In this document: in pieces, positions 1-10,625 of the stretch
How the letters are laid out: every line of letters starts with the position of its first letter
Numbering within the stretch: the stretch's first letter is position 1
The notes under the pieces: generated by a model
Database searches by the model: none
The model's input: only the letters and a program-made list of their open reading frames with translations
Told to the model about the DNA's origin: nothing
Position numbers and translations under genes: made by a program
Assembly (NCBI GenBank): GCA_965223795.1
Contig: CBDCXL010000002.1
Location: 1,472,001 to 1,536,000, forward strand
Length of the DNA: 64,000 bases
From: Nitrospinales bacterium
Lineage (GTDB): Bacteria > Nitrospinota > Nitrospinia > Nitrospinales > VA-1
Reading direction: 5' to 3'

Positions 1-223
1 CGGCTTTGCCGCGCTCAAAACTTTCGTGCGAGCCGGTGTCCGGGTCGCCGTGCACGTTGTTTTTTTCCCATTCGATATTTTCCTGATTGAGCAGGCGGAT
101 TTCCGCGGTCAGCTCCTGCACGGTCTGCGTCAACTCCAATACTTTTTGCTGCAGACGGTCGTGTTCGGATTTCAGGGTCCGCCATTCGCGATCGTGACTC
201 TTCAAAAACATGTATTCGTACAT
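1..223 (-). CDS. Hypothetical coiled-coil protein, partial (runs off window start)
   Basis: Manual translation MYEYMFLKSHDREWRTLKSEHDRLQQKVLELTQTVQELTAEIRLLNQEN..., with no stop before position 1 and an AAAGGA RBS upstream of the ATG at 223. Confidence 0.55.
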   Translation of the reverse strand, partial: MYEYMFLKSHDREWRTLKSEHDRLQQKVLELTQTVQELTAEIRLLNQENIEWEKNNVHGDPDTGSHESFERGKA

Positions 224-302
224 GGATGTCCTTTCAATTTTGTCGCATTCAAACAGAGTTTTTAAATTTTTTAAACTTATTGAGCTGCTTCGATGCCTCA
301 GC

Positions 303-1082
303 TCACAGGGCGCCGACGGCCTCCCGGTTTGAAAAACTGGTTTTCTGTATGTTGTGATTGTCGCGCGTCGGCTGAACTTTTTTTGCCAGCACCAGGCCCC
401 CGTATGCCGTGAACAGGGACTGCATCGGTCTCAAAAACCGGCGGCTGCCGATGAACGTTTCCGCCTTGAAGAATCCCCGGTTCACCCACTGCACCGCTTT
501 TTCTTCCGGCACTCCCAGTTTTTTCAGCACTTCAAAAGACAGATACAATCCTGCGCGCAGGAATTTGAACTTCTGCACCAGCCTGCAACCCACACCCCTG
601 TAGATGATGCGATCGACTTCAAAACCACAGGCGTGCAGCAGGCGGCTCAGGGTTTTTTCGGTGTGCACCCGCACGTGGTACTCGGCTTCGTCGGCGCGCG
701 AGAAACTGGAGATGAAGGGGATGGTGAGCGAAAGCAGGCCGTCCCGTTTCAGGACCCGGTGGATCTCCCTCAGGGCATCCTGATCCCGCTCCAGATGTTC
801 GAGCACTTCGTTGCACACGACCGCGTCGAAGCTCTCGTTCTGCACCGGCAGGGTATCTTCGATGGACTGCACGATCAGGCCGGGAATGTATTCGTGATCG
901 ACGATGTCGACGACGGTCAATCGCTTGCCGGCGTCCTTCAGCATCAGGTAATCGCGTCCCCCGGCATCTCCCACCAGCAGCACGTCCTGGCAGGGCCCGA
1001 GGTTTGAAAGGGTGAACTGGGCATGGATGAAGGCATCCGGCGATCGCAGCGGATGCGTGATGGTATGACCGAATCGGGCCAT
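303..1082 (-). CDS. Class I SAM-dependent methyltransferase (Methyltransf_11-like)
   Basis: VLLVGDAGG glycine motif and FDAVVCNEVLEHL...EIHRVLKRDGLL; GGAGG RBS before the ATG at 1082. Confidence 0.85.
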   Translation of the reverse strand: MARFGHTITHPLRSPDAFIHAQFTLSNLGPCQDVLLVGDAGGRDYLMLKDAGKRLTVVDIVDHEYIPGLIVQSIEDTLPVQNESFDAVVCNEVLEHLERDQDALREIHRVLKRDGLLSLTIPFISSFSRADEAEYHVRVHTEKTLSRLLHACGFEVDRIIYRGVGCRLVQKFKFLRAGLYLSFEVLKKLGVPEEKAVQWVNRGFFKAETFIGSRRFLRPMQSLFTAYGGLVLAKKVQPTRDNHNIQKTSFSNREAVGAL

Positions 1083-1197
1083 GCTTTCCTCCTTGTCTGC
1101 GGGTTCAGGCAGAACGGCGCCTGTTTCACCGAACGTGTGCTGCCGGGCTTGCAACGGGAGTCAAAAATATGACTGAATTCCTTGATAGAATATAAAA

Positions 1198-1214
1198 AGC
1201 AATATTCAGGCCAA
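1198..1214 (-). promoter_or_regulatory. Sigma-54 (-24/-12) promoter
   Basis: Minus strand TTGGCCTGAATATTGCT = GG-N10-GC, upstream of the methyltransferase. Confidence 0.6.
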
Positions 1215-1576
1215 AGTCTTGAAATCATTCCATTCTTTGCGCTGTACCGAGTTTCGTTTCTGCGTGCGGCATGGAAAAAGGAGGCGGGCTGCTGTTAAGA
1301 ATGCGGGCTTTCTTCTGTTCTGCTTTGTGACTTAAATTGTATTTTTATAGGGTCTAATTCATTTCATTAACATTAAAACTTCCTATAAAATTTTAGTGGG
1401 TGGCAGGTTACCGGATCGTTACAACTCGAACCCGTTTGGGATTTGCAGCCTGTCATAGGATTGGCGGTCCTGGGCGCCAAAATGTGATCTAGATCACAAA
1501 ATTTCCTTGCAATCCGGGCGACAAAAACGTAGTGTTCGGCTTGAAAAAGGGTTGGATCGATAGAAAAGTGTGAGAA

Positions 1577-2371
1577 ATGAACAAACCGATCGATTTTCCA
1601 TCCGAAACCTGCCAGTCCACGCCTCCCTCCGATCACCGATTCGCGGATTTCAGCGGTCAACATCTGGCAGGAAAAGATTTTCGCTGGATTCAGGCGGAAG
1701 CCGCCGACTTTCGCAGGGCTGATCTGTCGCGGACGGATTTCAGCGGCGCGGAACTTATGGATGCGGATTTGAGTTACTGCAACCTGTCCCGCGCCAACCT
1801 CTCGGAAGCCAATCTCAAGGGCGCGACGCTGAAAGGCGCGCTGCTGGATGGAGCCGATCTCACCGGCGTTTCCCTAAGCGGGGCGGATCTGTCGGAATGC
1901 AGCCTCAAGGGTGTGGATATCAGCTGGGGCAATCTGACGGGCGCGGATCTCAGCGGCGCCCGGCTTTCAGACAGCAAGCTGCTCGGATGCACGCTGATCG
2001 AAGCCACTCTGAAAGAGGGCGACCTGCGCGGCGCAGATTTCAGGGCAACCGATCTTCGCCGGGCCTGCCTGGCGAATGCCGACCTTTCCGGCAGCAATCT
2101 CGACGGGGCGCACCTGGCCTTCGCCGACCTCACAGGCGCCTGCCTGACGGAAGCCAATCTCTCCTTCGCCAATCTCACGCACGCCAATCTCCAGGGCGCG
2201 TTGCTGAAAAAAGCCGACTTCCACAGAGCGAATTTTTCGCACACGAACCTCAACTGGGCCGACTTGGCGCAGGCGCGCAACCTCCGTCTCGAACAGCTGA
2301 ACAAAAGCGTGCTGGATCACGAAACCCGCTGGCCCAACAAGCTGTATTCCTTTCTGGCCATCTGGACCTGA
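1577..2371 (+). CDS. Pentapeptide repeat protein
   Basis: Long run of A(D/N)LxxA-type pentapeptide repeats. Confidence 0.9.
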   Translation: MNKPIDFPSETCQSTPPSDHRFADFSGQHLAGKDFRWIQAEAADFRRADLSRTDFSGAELMDADLSYCNLSRANLSEANLKGATLKGALLDGADLTGVSLSGADLSECSLKGVDISWGNLTGADLSGARLSDSKLLGCTLIEATLKEGDLRGADFRATDLRRACLANADLSGSNLDGAHLAFADLTGACLTEANLSFANLTHANLQGALLKKADFHRANFSHTNLNWADLAQARNLRLEQLNKSVLDHETRWPNKLYSFLAIWT

Positions 2372-2396
2372 TTCCGCAAACTCCTTCCCGCCCGCT

Positions 2397-3791
2397 TCAC
2401 CTCCCCTTCCCCAGAGTCATCCGCCAGAATGTTTTCAGAATGATCAGGGTGTCCAGCTTCAGGGAATAATTGCGGATATAAAACAGATCGTATTCGAATT
2501 TTCTCAGCGTGTCGCGGATGTTCTCGCCATAGGAATACTTCACCTGCGCCCAGCCCGTGATTCCGGGTTTGACCAGATGCCGGAACTTGTAAAACGGAAT
2601 TTCCTTTTCATAGATCTGGGTGAGCTGATTCCATTCGGCCCGCGGACCGATCAGACTCATGTCTCCCTTGAGCACATTGAACAACTGCGGCAGCTCGTCC
2701 AGGTGCAGAAGACGCGACCAGCGTCCCACACGGGTGATGCGGCGGTCGTTTTTGCGCGTGTACAAATCGCTGTTGTCGTTGTCGTGGTACATCGTGCGGA
2801 ATTTGTAGACGCGAATGGGAACGTTGTTCTTGCCAATGCGCATTTGTGTGAAGATGACCGGACCTTTGCTGTCCATCCGGATGAGCACGGGAAGGATCAG
2901 GAATATGGGTGTGAACACGATCAGCGCGAGTGAGGAAAAAAAGATATCGGTCAGCCGCTTGAAATTTTCGAACACCGGACTTTTCGCCAGTTGAAACCCG
3001 CCTCTGAGCAGCAAATGCGGCCGCACGATCGTGTAGGGAATTCTCTGAAAATATTTTTCGTAAAACTGTTCGACGGAAAAAATCGGCACGTTGGCCATGT
3101 GGCATTCGACCAGTTTCTCGACCAGTTCCTTGTGATACCCCCTGCGCTCGTCGGAAAGGATGATCGCCTTGTACTGCTTCACTTTTTCCAGGAAGCGGAT
3201 CGGATCGCCCGCCACCACAGGGGAGAACTCGCCGCACAATCGCTGCCCCGACATTTTACCGGTGGTGTCGGCGACCACGATGTCATGATCGAGCCCCGAT
3301 TCGCTCCAATCGAGATACAGCCGCTTGGCCAGATCCCCGGCGCCGATCACCAGAAACGCTTTTTTCTTTTTCGGGGCAACCAGCGTGATGACCGCGCCTT
3401 TCCGGTACAGGATGGAAGCCAGGGCGAACAGGACCCCCACGTACAAAAAATCGCGTGCATTCTGGGATCCGCCGATGTTCGAACTGGAATGGTACAGAAT
3501 GAAGGAGAGGACCGCGGCGCCGATCAACAGCACCGCCCAATGCCTGCGCTCGTAGGATTCGATGTCCTTGATGGTTTGCGGGAAATAGCCGCCGACGCTG
3601 TACAACAGCACGACGATGGACACGATCTGCAGGGAAAAAAGAGCGATGCGCGGTTCCATGCCTGCCGCCCCCGCATCCATCGCCAGCGCAAACACCGCCC
3701 AGACGACGAACAGGGTGACCATGTCCAGCGCCAGCAGAACTGCCGGACACGCCGCCAGCGACGGATTCCAGTTTTTAACGTTGGCGATCAT
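2397..3791 (-). CDS. Priming polyprenyl-phosphate sugar phosphotransferase (WcaJ/WbaP family)
   Basis: N-terminal TM helices; YKFRTM, LDELPQLFNVLKGDMSLIGPR, VKPGITGWAQV; ATGA overlap with the upstream gene. Confidence 0.92.
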   Translation of the reverse strand: MIANVKNWNPSLAACPAVLLALDMVTLFVVWAVFALAMDAGAAGMEPRIALFSLQIVSIVVLLYSVGGYFPQTIKDIESYERRHWAVLLIGAAVLSFILYHSSSNIGGSQNARDFLYVGVLFALASILYRKGAVITLVAPKKKKAFLVIGAGDLAKRLYLDWSESGLDHDIVVADTTGKMSGQRLCGEFSPVVAGDPIRFLEKVKQYKAIILSDERRGYHKELVEKLVECHMANVPIFSVEQFYEKYFQRIPYTIVRPHLLLRGGFQLAKSPVFENFKRLTDIFFSSLALIVFTPIFLILPVLIRMDSKGPVIFTQMRIGKNNVPIRVYKFRTMYHDNDNSDLYTRKNDRRITRVGRWSRLLHLDELPQLFNVLKGDMSLIGPRAEWNQLTQIYEKEIPFYKFRHLVKPGITGWAQVKYSYGENIRDTLRKFEYDLFYIRNYSLKLDTLIILKTFWRMTLGKGR

Positions 3792-5071
3792 TTTTTCAAC
3801 GAATACTTCGCTTCGATGGACGTTGCCGCAGCCGGTTTCCGCTCCGCAACCGCACCGGCCACACCGCGGCACACGTCGATCATCTGATTGGCAAATTGTT
3901 CTCTGCTGAAACCCGCGGATGCATCCCTGCTGGCCCTGGCATGACGCTGCATCCGTTCGGGATTTTCACAAAGCAGCGTCAGCGTGCGCACAAACCGTTC
4001 CGGATCTTCCGGAGGAATCGCCACTCCCGCACCGGTCTCCTCCACGATGGAGGCGGCTTCTCCCTGGGGAATCGCCGCCAGGATGGGAAGCCCCATTCCC
4101 ATGGCTTCAAAGATTTTTGAAGGAATGACCGTCTCGAACACAGGATCGTTTTTCAAATGCACCAATGCCAGATCGCAGAGGCTCCAGTACTCGGGCATGA
4201 ATTCCTTGGGTTGGGACGGCACGAAGGTGACATTGCTCAATCCAAGCTGGCGGCTTTTTTTGATCAGGCCTTCGCGCGCGCTGCCCGGTCCCACGAACAA
4301 AAAATGAAACCGGGGGTTCCGCTGCAATCTTTCGGCAACCTGCAACACGGAATCCAGCCCGTGCGCCATGCCCAGCGTGCCGATGTAACCGATGACAAAC
4401 TTTTTCTCAAGGTCGAGTTCACGCAAAAGGCGCGGGTTCTTTTCCCTGGGGGAGTAACGGTCCTGGCTCACGCCGTTCAACACGACGTGGATTTTATTCG
4501 CGGGCACGCCGCGGCGGATCAGATCTTTTTTGAACGTGTGCGTGACGGGAACGATGGCGTCCGCCTTGCGGTACAAAAACAGCTCCAGTCTCTCCAGCCA
4601 GCGGACCAGCGCCCCCTCGCGCATCGCCGACACCGCCACGATCGACGCGGGCCACAGATCGCGCAGCTCGAAAATCCACGGGACCCCGCGCATGCGCGAG
4701 AGCAGCCAGCCGGATATGGAAGTGAAAAACTGCGGCGAGGTGGCCACGATCACGTCGGGCCGCTTCTCCCACAGGCCGAAAAAGAGCGCGCTCAGCATGA
4801 AGGAAATGTAGTCGAGCGTGCGCAGCACCAGCCCCGAATTGGCGGTGATGAAGGTTTTGACGCGCACCACGCGGATGCCATCGAGCGTTTCGACGACACG
4901 CCATTTATTCTTATAGCCGGGATACACCTTCCCCTCGGGAAAGTTGGGCGCGCCGGTGATGACGGTGACCGAATGCCCCCATTGCACCCAAAGCCGGGCG
5001 TGCTCGTGCACACGGGTGGCGGGCGCATTGCGCTCGGGCGGGAAATTATCCGTTAAAAACAAAATGTTCAT
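3788..5071 (-). CDS. Glycosyltransferase family 4 (WbuB-like)
   Basis: MNILFLTDNFPPE, ELRDLWP, IPSKIFEAMGMGLPI; GAGG RBS. Confidence 0.9.
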   Translation of the reverse strand: MNILFLTDNFPPERNAPATRVHEHARLWVQWGHSVTVITGAPNFPEGKVYPGYKNKWRVVETLDGIRVVRVKTFITANSGLVLRTLDYISFMLSALFFGLWEKRPDVIVATSPQFFTSISGWLLSRMRGVPWIFELRDLWPASIVAVSAMREGALVRWLERLELFLYRKADAIVPVTHTFKKDLIRRGVPANKIHVVLNGVSQDRYSPREKNPRLLRELDLEKKFVIGYIGTLGMAHGLDSVLQVAERLQRNPRFHFLFVGPGSAREGLIKKSRQLGLSNVTFVPSQPKEFMPEYWSLCDLALVHLKNDPVFETVIPSKIFEAMGMGLPILAAIPQGEAASIVEETGAGVAIPPEDPERFVRTLTLLCENPERMQRHARASRDASAGFSREQFANQMIDVCRGVAGAVAERKPAAATSIEAKYSLKK

Positions 5072-5362
5072 GCCACCTCGCCGGCTGGGTTGACGCTCGA
5101 TGTGGACTGTTGCCGCGCAGGTGTGACGCACGCGCAACAGCCGTAAACATGGCGCTGGTTTATCAGAAAAATTGACTAATTTTGGTTTGAGGGATGCCGC
5201 TCAGACTCCACCAACCGGCATCCTTCCCCCCGCCGATGGGCGCAATGAGTCTTCAATCCTGAATCCGGGTGCCGCTCAACACCCGTTGATTCCCCCGGAA
5301 TTTAACTTCTTTAATTACAATCGCTTCATTTTTTTGACAGGAACAACTCATTGATTTAAAAA

Positions 5363-5379
5363 AGCAAACGCCATGCCAA
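5363..5379 (-). promoter_or_regulatory. Sigma-54 (-24/-12) promoter
   Basis: Minus strand TTGGCATGGCGTTTGCT = GG-N10-GC, with an adjacent IHF-like AATCAATGAGTTG. Confidence 0.7.
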
Positions 5380-5544
5380 ATAATATCCTTATTTTTTAAT
5401 ACCTTAGGCAAACGATGCCCGCCAAATCCTTGGCAGTCGCGGGAATCCCGCTCGCATGCCGCCGATTCCCCGGGAAGCAGGCGGACTCACCAGCTTGATT
5501 CAGAATGAAACGCGCAGCGGCGCTCGACGGAATGCCTTCGATTT

Positions 5545-7230
5545 TCATTTCGAACTCCATCGAAAACGGTTTTTCACCGATCCCTTTTCCAGGGCGGAAG
5601 TCAGACACAGATTGTCGAGCGACACGCCGAACTCAGGATGATAGCGGCTGGCAACGATGCGTCCGGTTTTGCGATTGGAAACCCACATCAGGCGGACGCC
5701 CTCTCCGCGAAAGCCCCTTCGACTCCGGTTTCCAGAGTGTGGCGATTCGGTCTGGATGCCCGGGTGAAAATGAAATCGGGCCTCGGACCGGAAACGCGGC
5801 TCGCCGATCGTGTCTTCGACATCGAGACAACCGCCGGACAGTTTCCAGGTGCGCCGATGGAGGGCGCTGCTGGAAAGCCTCTGGTAGCCGTCGTGGCCGC
5901 AAGCGATGTGCAGCTCCCCGTTTTTCGCTTCGCGGACTTCAAGATCGAGGGGACGCGCCCGCCTCGCCACCCGGAAACCGCTCCACACTTCCGATGAATC
6001 CTTGCCTTCCACGACCACGGTGTTGTGCGCGGCGGTGGACCGCTCGTACAGCCTCTGCCGGCCGGTCCCGTAACAGGACGTCCCTGAGTTGACAAGGACT
6101 CGTTTCCCATAAAGGGACAACTCGAAACTGAGCGTGTCCGCATGCGCGTGTCCGGTCAGGTAATCGGGACCGATCTCGCCTACATCCAGCAAGGCGACGG
6201 CGCCGTTTTTCTGCAGGCGCACGTAACCGGACTCAGGCAAAACTGAGATTCCCTCTTTGGGGCCAGGAACTGGTCCGAGTCCCAGCCGGCGTGCGTACGC
6301 ATCGAGCTGCGCGGCGTCCGCGGCGATTCCAAAGGCGGCATCGTTGAAAAAAGGGATCGCGCCGTCGGGATGGCACAGCACCGTGAGCCAGCGCCGCATG
6401 GCTTGCGCCGTTTCGATCCACGCTCCGTGCGGCGACCGGCCGTTGAGGAACGCGGCCGTCTCACAGGTCCGGGACAGATTGATGAGGTCAAGCAGGTCTT
6501 CCAGAATGATGCTGTGGTACATGGGACTGCGTTCAAAATGCCCGCCATCGGCGAGGATCTGTTCGGGAATTTGACGCTTTAATATGTGAAGCCCGCGCCG
6601 CAGCCACCCGTCCGCCTCTTCGCCGGAGAAAAAGACACCGGCAAAGACCAGCGCTTTTGCGTTGGCGAACAGATGGTTTCCCAAAAGGTGCCATTCCAGT
6701 TTGCGGTTCAGGTGCCGGCATTGATCGGCCAGGCTGTGCAGCATCTGCGGGCTGGGCGGGTTGCCGGAAAGAATACATTTGATCCAGTTGACGATGCGCA
6801 ATGACAGGGGATAGGGCTCCCAGCCGTTGCCCAAGCCGGGCGGGTTTTCCCGGATCCAGCGCGCGATCCAGTCCTCGTGCCAGCGGATTCTTGAGATCGA
6901 ATCGTCCGCATTCAGATCGTCAAAATAATGCAGGTTGTAAGTCCACAGTTTTTCTATGTGAGGCTGATTCCAGTGAGCCGGTGTGACGATGGTGTGTTCC
7001 TCGTTTAAAAATCGAAACCGGTTCGCTGCCCGCATCGAAGGGGACTTCGCGACCGGCGGCTGCCAGGCGGCTGTGACCGGACGGCGGCCGGGTGCGGCGC
7101 CGCTTTCAACCGCAAAGCGGGGCAGGCGGTGCCAGATGCGGCCGTAAACCTGAATGGGTTTCAAATAGCGGATGGTGTGGATGTAGTGCAAAAGACTCAA
7201 GAGCTTTCCTCGTGTTTCATGCAATTTCAA
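5545..7230 (-). CDS. Heparinase II/III-family protein
   Basis: LEWHLLGNH, DGGHFERSPMYH, GHAHADTLSFEL, RSTAAHNTV motifs; start codon uncertain. Confidence 0.88.
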   Translation of the reverse strand: MKLHETRGKLLSLLHYIHTIRYLKPIQVYGRIWHRLPRFAVESGAAPGRRPVTAAWQPPVAKSPSMRAANRFRFLNEEHTIVTPAHWNQPHIEKLWTYNLHYFDDLNADDSISRIRWHEDWIARWIRENPPGLGNGWEPYPLSLRIVNWIKCILSGNPPSPQMLHSLADQCRHLNRKLEWHLLGNHLFANAKALVFAGVFFSGEEADGWLRRGLHILKRQIPEQILADGGHFERSPMYHSIILEDLLDLINLSRTCETAAFLNGRSPHGAWIETAQAMRRWLTVLCHPDGAIPFFNDAAFGIAADAAQLDAYARRLGLGPVPGPKEGISVLPESGYVRLQKNGAVALLDVGEIGPDYLTGHAHADTLSFELSLYGKRVLVNSGTSCYGTGRQRLYERSTAAHNTVVVEGKDSSEVWSGFRVARRARPLDLEVREAKNGELHIACGHDGYQRLSSSALHRRTWKLSGGCLDVEDTIGEPRFRSEARFHFHPGIQTESPHSGNRSRRGFRGEGVRLMWVSNRKTGRIVASRYHPEFGVSLDNLCLTSALEKGSVKNRFRWSSK

Positions 7231-7250
7231 ACCGGGGGACGTCCGGTTTT

Positions 7251-9401
7251 TTATTTTTCACACAATTTTTTGACATCCAGACTCAGCCGCGTGACTTCCA
7301 GCAATTCTTCAAAAGGGATGAGATCGTGTTTTCCGTTTTGCACGGCCTGCACGAATGCGGCGGCGCAGGCACCATTGCCTTTGTCCTGCCGCCAGGATTT
7401 CATTTTTTTAAATCCCGGCCAGCCGTAACCGCGCAGGCGGATGAAGTTGTCCAGCTGCAAAACGCGGCCGCCGCAGAACAGTTCCAGCCGCTCTTTGGGA
7501 TACGCGCGCGATCCATTGGCAAAATAATGAACGGTGCCGAAGGAACCGTCGGTGAAACCCATGGTCAGGGTCACGTTGTCGTCCTGAATCGTGTTGCTCG
7601 CGCTTTTTCCCATGCGGATCGCCTGTATCGAATCCACCGGACATCCGACGATGAAACGCAACAGGTCGATGAAATGGCAGCCTTCCTGAACGATGCGGCC
7701 GCCGCCGACGGCGGGATCGTGGCTCCAGTCCTCGGGAGGCAGGTAACCGGCGTTGACCGTCATCACCAGGCTTTTCGGCTCCCTGATCTCTTCGAGCAGG
7801 GATTTGATTTTTTTCACGTGCGGTGAAAAACGGCGGTTGAACCCGACCATCAAAAACGGGTCTTTGTGATCGGCCTGCTGACTGCGATACACCTCTTCAA
7901 TTTTTTTCAATTCGGAATGATGGATGGCCAGCGGTTTTTCGACAAACACGCGTTTTCCCCGCTTCAATCCTTCACACACAAAATGGCAATGGCTGTCGGA
8001 ACGGGTGGCGATGACGATGGCGCCGATGTCTTCATCTTCCAGGATGCGGGCGCTGTTTGTGGTGTGCCATTCGAATTCGTACTTGTTTGCGGCATGCGCG
8101 CTGCTGATGCCGCCGCTGGAGGAAATGGCGCGCAGGACCGCATTCTGATTCTTGAACGCCGGGATCAACACTTTCTGCGCATAATTGCCCGCGCCGATGA
8201 ATCCCAGTGCCGGTTTTTCGTTGCCGACGGTTTTTCGGCTTCCATTGACCCTGAGGGTCTGCCTGCGCAAACGGCTCTCGTTGTCTTCGTCCTTGTTGCG
8301 CTGATCGAGCAAGACTCCCAGGTAGGGATTGTCCGATGCAATGAGTTGATACGCCTCACCGGCCTGCTTCAGGGGAAACCGGTGCGAGATCAAAGCATCG
8401 CAGCGTATTTTTTCATCCGCCATCAAATCCAGAATGGCCTCGAAATTTCTTTTTTCCGTCCAGCGGACAAATCCGATCGGGTAGTCCACGCCGTCCTGCT
8501 CGTAACGCGCATCGTGTCTACCCGGACCGTAGGAACAGGAAACCTGGAAGGTGATTTCCTTTTCATAAAAATCAGAACGGGACAAATGCAGCCCGGTCTG
8601 TCCCACCAAAACGATCCGCCCGCGTTTGCGGCACATCTGCGCCGCCTGGTGGATGGGCTGATCGCTCTGGGTCGACGCCGCGATCAGAACGCCGTCCACG
8701 CCGCGGCCCCTTGAAAATGCGAGGGCGGGTTTTTGCGGGTCTTCCCAGTTGGAAAGATCGACGGTTTCCGCTCCGAACCGGCGGGCGAGCTTGAGCTTGG
8801 CCTTGTCGAAATCGAGACCCAGCACGCGGCATCCCTGCGCTTTCAACACCTGCACCGCTAGCAAACCGACCATGCCCAGCCCCATGACGACAAACGACTC
8901 GCCCAGTGTGGGCTGGGCGAGACGGGCGCCCTGCAGCGCAATGGCGCCCAGAACGGTGAAGGCGGCGGTTTCATCGGATACGTTTTCCGGGATTTTCGCG
9001 CACAGGTTTTGCGGAACCGAGACCACTTCGGCGTGGTGGCCGTTTGAAACCACACGGTCTCCCTTGCTGAATTCGGTGACGCCGGCGCCCGCTTCCAGCA
9101 CAACCCCCACATTGGAATAGCCCAGCGCCAACGGCTGATCCAGTTTGTGACGCACCGACTCAAGTGTCGGTACGAGTCCGTCGGTTTTGACTTTGTCCAG
9201 CACCATCTGCACCTTTTCGGGTTGCTGCCGGGCTTTTTGCAACCAGTTTCCCTTGCCGAATTCAAGCAGCATTCTTTCCGTGCCCGCTGAAATCAGACTC
9301 ATCTGCGTTGCGATCAACACATTGCCTGCCTTGAGAGCGGGACAGGGTACCTCGGCGATGAGGGTTTCCCCAGATTTTAGGTTTTGCAACACCTGCATCA
9401 T
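7251..9401 (-). CDS. Bi-domain oxidoreductase (Zn-ADH-like plus Gfo/Idh/MocA) of polysaccharide loci
   Basis: SLISAGTE, GLGMVG, SCSYGPGRHD; second domain GFIGAGNYA, FVEKP, MVGFNRRF. Confidence 0.9.
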   Translation of the reverse strand: MMQVLQNLKSGETLIAEVPCPALKAGNVLIATQMSLISAGTERMLLEFGKGNWLQKARQQPEKVQMVLDKVKTDGLVPTLESVRHKLDQPLALGYSNVGVVLEAGAGVTEFSKGDRVVSNGHHAEVVSVPQNLCAKIPENVSDETAAFTVLGAIALQGARLAQPTLGESFVVMGLGMVGLLAVQVLKAQGCRVLGLDFDKAKLKLARRFGAETVDLSNWEDPQKPALAFSRGRGVDGVLIAASTQSDQPIHQAAQMCRKRGRIVLVGQTGLHLSRSDFYEKEITFQVSCSYGPGRHDARYEQDGVDYPIGFVRWTEKRNFEAILDLMADEKIRCDALISHRFPLKQAGEAYQLIASDNPYLGVLLDQRNKDEDNESRLRRQTLRVNGSRKTVGNEKPALGFIGAGNYAQKVLIPAFKNQNAVLRAISSSGGISSAHAANKYEFEWHTTNSARILEDEDIGAIVIATRSDSHCHFVCEGLKRGKRVFVEKPLAIHHSELKKIEEVYRSQQADHKDPFLMVGFNRRFSPHVKKIKSLLEEIREPKSLVMTVNAGYLPPEDWSHDPAVGGGRIVQEGCHFIDLLRFIVGCPVDSIQAIRMGKSASNTIQDDNVTLTMGFTDGSFGTVHYFANGSRAYPKERLELFCGGRVLQLDNFIRLRGYGWPGFKKMKSWRQDKGNGACAAAFVQAVQNGKHDLIPFEELLEVTRLSLDVKKLCEK

Positions 9402-9449
9402 GCTTCTACACTCCGTGGTTGATTCGTTGTAAAACGCACGCCGACTTCT

Positions 9450-10625
9450 TCATTGCAGGAACAATTCCTTGTGCTTTTCGATGGTCTTTCCATCATTCAG
9501 AAATTCATTTCCGAATCGGCGGGCCCTGTCCGACACACGCTGATGTTCTTTCAGGTCCATTTGACAGCAATCGTTCAATGCGCTTAAGAATTTTTCCGGC
9601 TCGTCATTGGGAATGTCCCAGCCGATGCCGCGTTTTTCCAGCTCGCGCCAGGGCGTCTGATCGCTGATCAAGACGGGACATCCCGCCAAAAGTGATTCGA
9701 GGATGACGTGACCGAAGTTTTCCCCCCAGGTCGGGAAGAATAGCAAATCGTGATCCTGAAGCATTGCATGAACCCGGTCGTTGGAGACAGGACCGCAATA
9801 CTGCACTTGAATGTTGTCCGGCAGGTTTTTGATGATCTCCCGGCATTCCTGCCAGTAGTTTTCATCTTCCATCGGGCCGTATATATTGAACGTCAGATCG
9901 TGCTCGAAGCGGGAAAGCAGTCTCAGCGCACCGTCCAGATTCTTCTTTCTTGCAATGCGTGAAAGAAACACCGCTTTCAATTTGCCGGGAATTTTCTTTC
10001 GCCGGTGCCTGGAATCGAAGCGGTTCGCAGGATCGGCACCGAGGTTGGACGCAACGACCACGCGGGCCTGTTTGCCAAACCAGCGTTGGATTTCATTCCC
10101 TTCCACCTTCGATGAAGCCTGCCAGGTGATTCCCCGATACAGGCCCAAAACCCGGGCCGCAACCAGGAACAGGACTTTCTTTAAAGTTTTGAATTTGAGC
10201 GCTCCAGGTGCGAGCTGACCGCGCGGAGCCAAAACGGTCGGTTTTTGCGGAATCAATTTCAACCTTCTGAGCAGCATGGGCTGAATATTGTAAAAAGGGG
10301 CGAACAAACCGTTCAGATAAATCCGGTCGTATTGGGTGTTCAGCATGAGCCGGCGCAAATGCAGGATATTCTTTTGACCCGGCGACAAATACAACACCTG
10401 GCTCTTATGGATCACATTCCATTGATTTTCCGCGATGCCCGAATACGGCTGCGCATCGCCTTCGTCCCGGTCCGCGGTGACAACCTTGAAGCGAAATGCG
10501 TCACCCATCTGGTTGACCAGGTTGGACACCGACCGCACCGGCCCTCCGGATTTGTATCCAGGAAGGTAGTACTCAATGAACGTGAGTACTTCCACAGACT
10601 TTTCTTGTTTGCAAACTCGATTCAT
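9450..10625 (-). CDS. Glycosyltransferase family 4
   Basis: YYLPGYKSGGP, ENFGHVILESLLAGCPV; start may lie slightly downstream. Confidence 0.88.
   Translation of the reverse strand: MNRVCKQEKSVEVLTFIEYYLPGYKSGGPVRSVSNLVNQMGDAFRFKVVTADRDEGDAQPYSGIAENQWNVIHKSQVLYLSPGQKNILHLRRLMLNTQYDRIYLNGLFAPFYNIQPMLLRRLKLIPQKPTVLAPRGQLAPGALKFKTLKKVLFLVAARVLGLYRGITWQASSKVEGNEIQRWFGKQARVVVASNLGADPANRFDSRHRRKKIPGKLKAVFLSRIARKKNLDGALRLLSRFEHDLTFNIYGPMEDENYWQECREIIKNLPDNIQVQYCGPVSNDRVHAMLQDHDLLFFPTWGENFGHVILESLLAGCPVLISDQTPWRELEKRGIGWDIPNDEPEKFLSALNDCCQMDLKEHQRVSDRARRFGNEFLNDGKTIEKHKELFLQ

Noticed and set aside
1577..2371. Periodic DNA repeats suggesting an array
   Set aside because: Explained by pentapeptide protein repeats; there are no identical repeats with unique spacers, and I saw no CRISPR array or cas gene in the window
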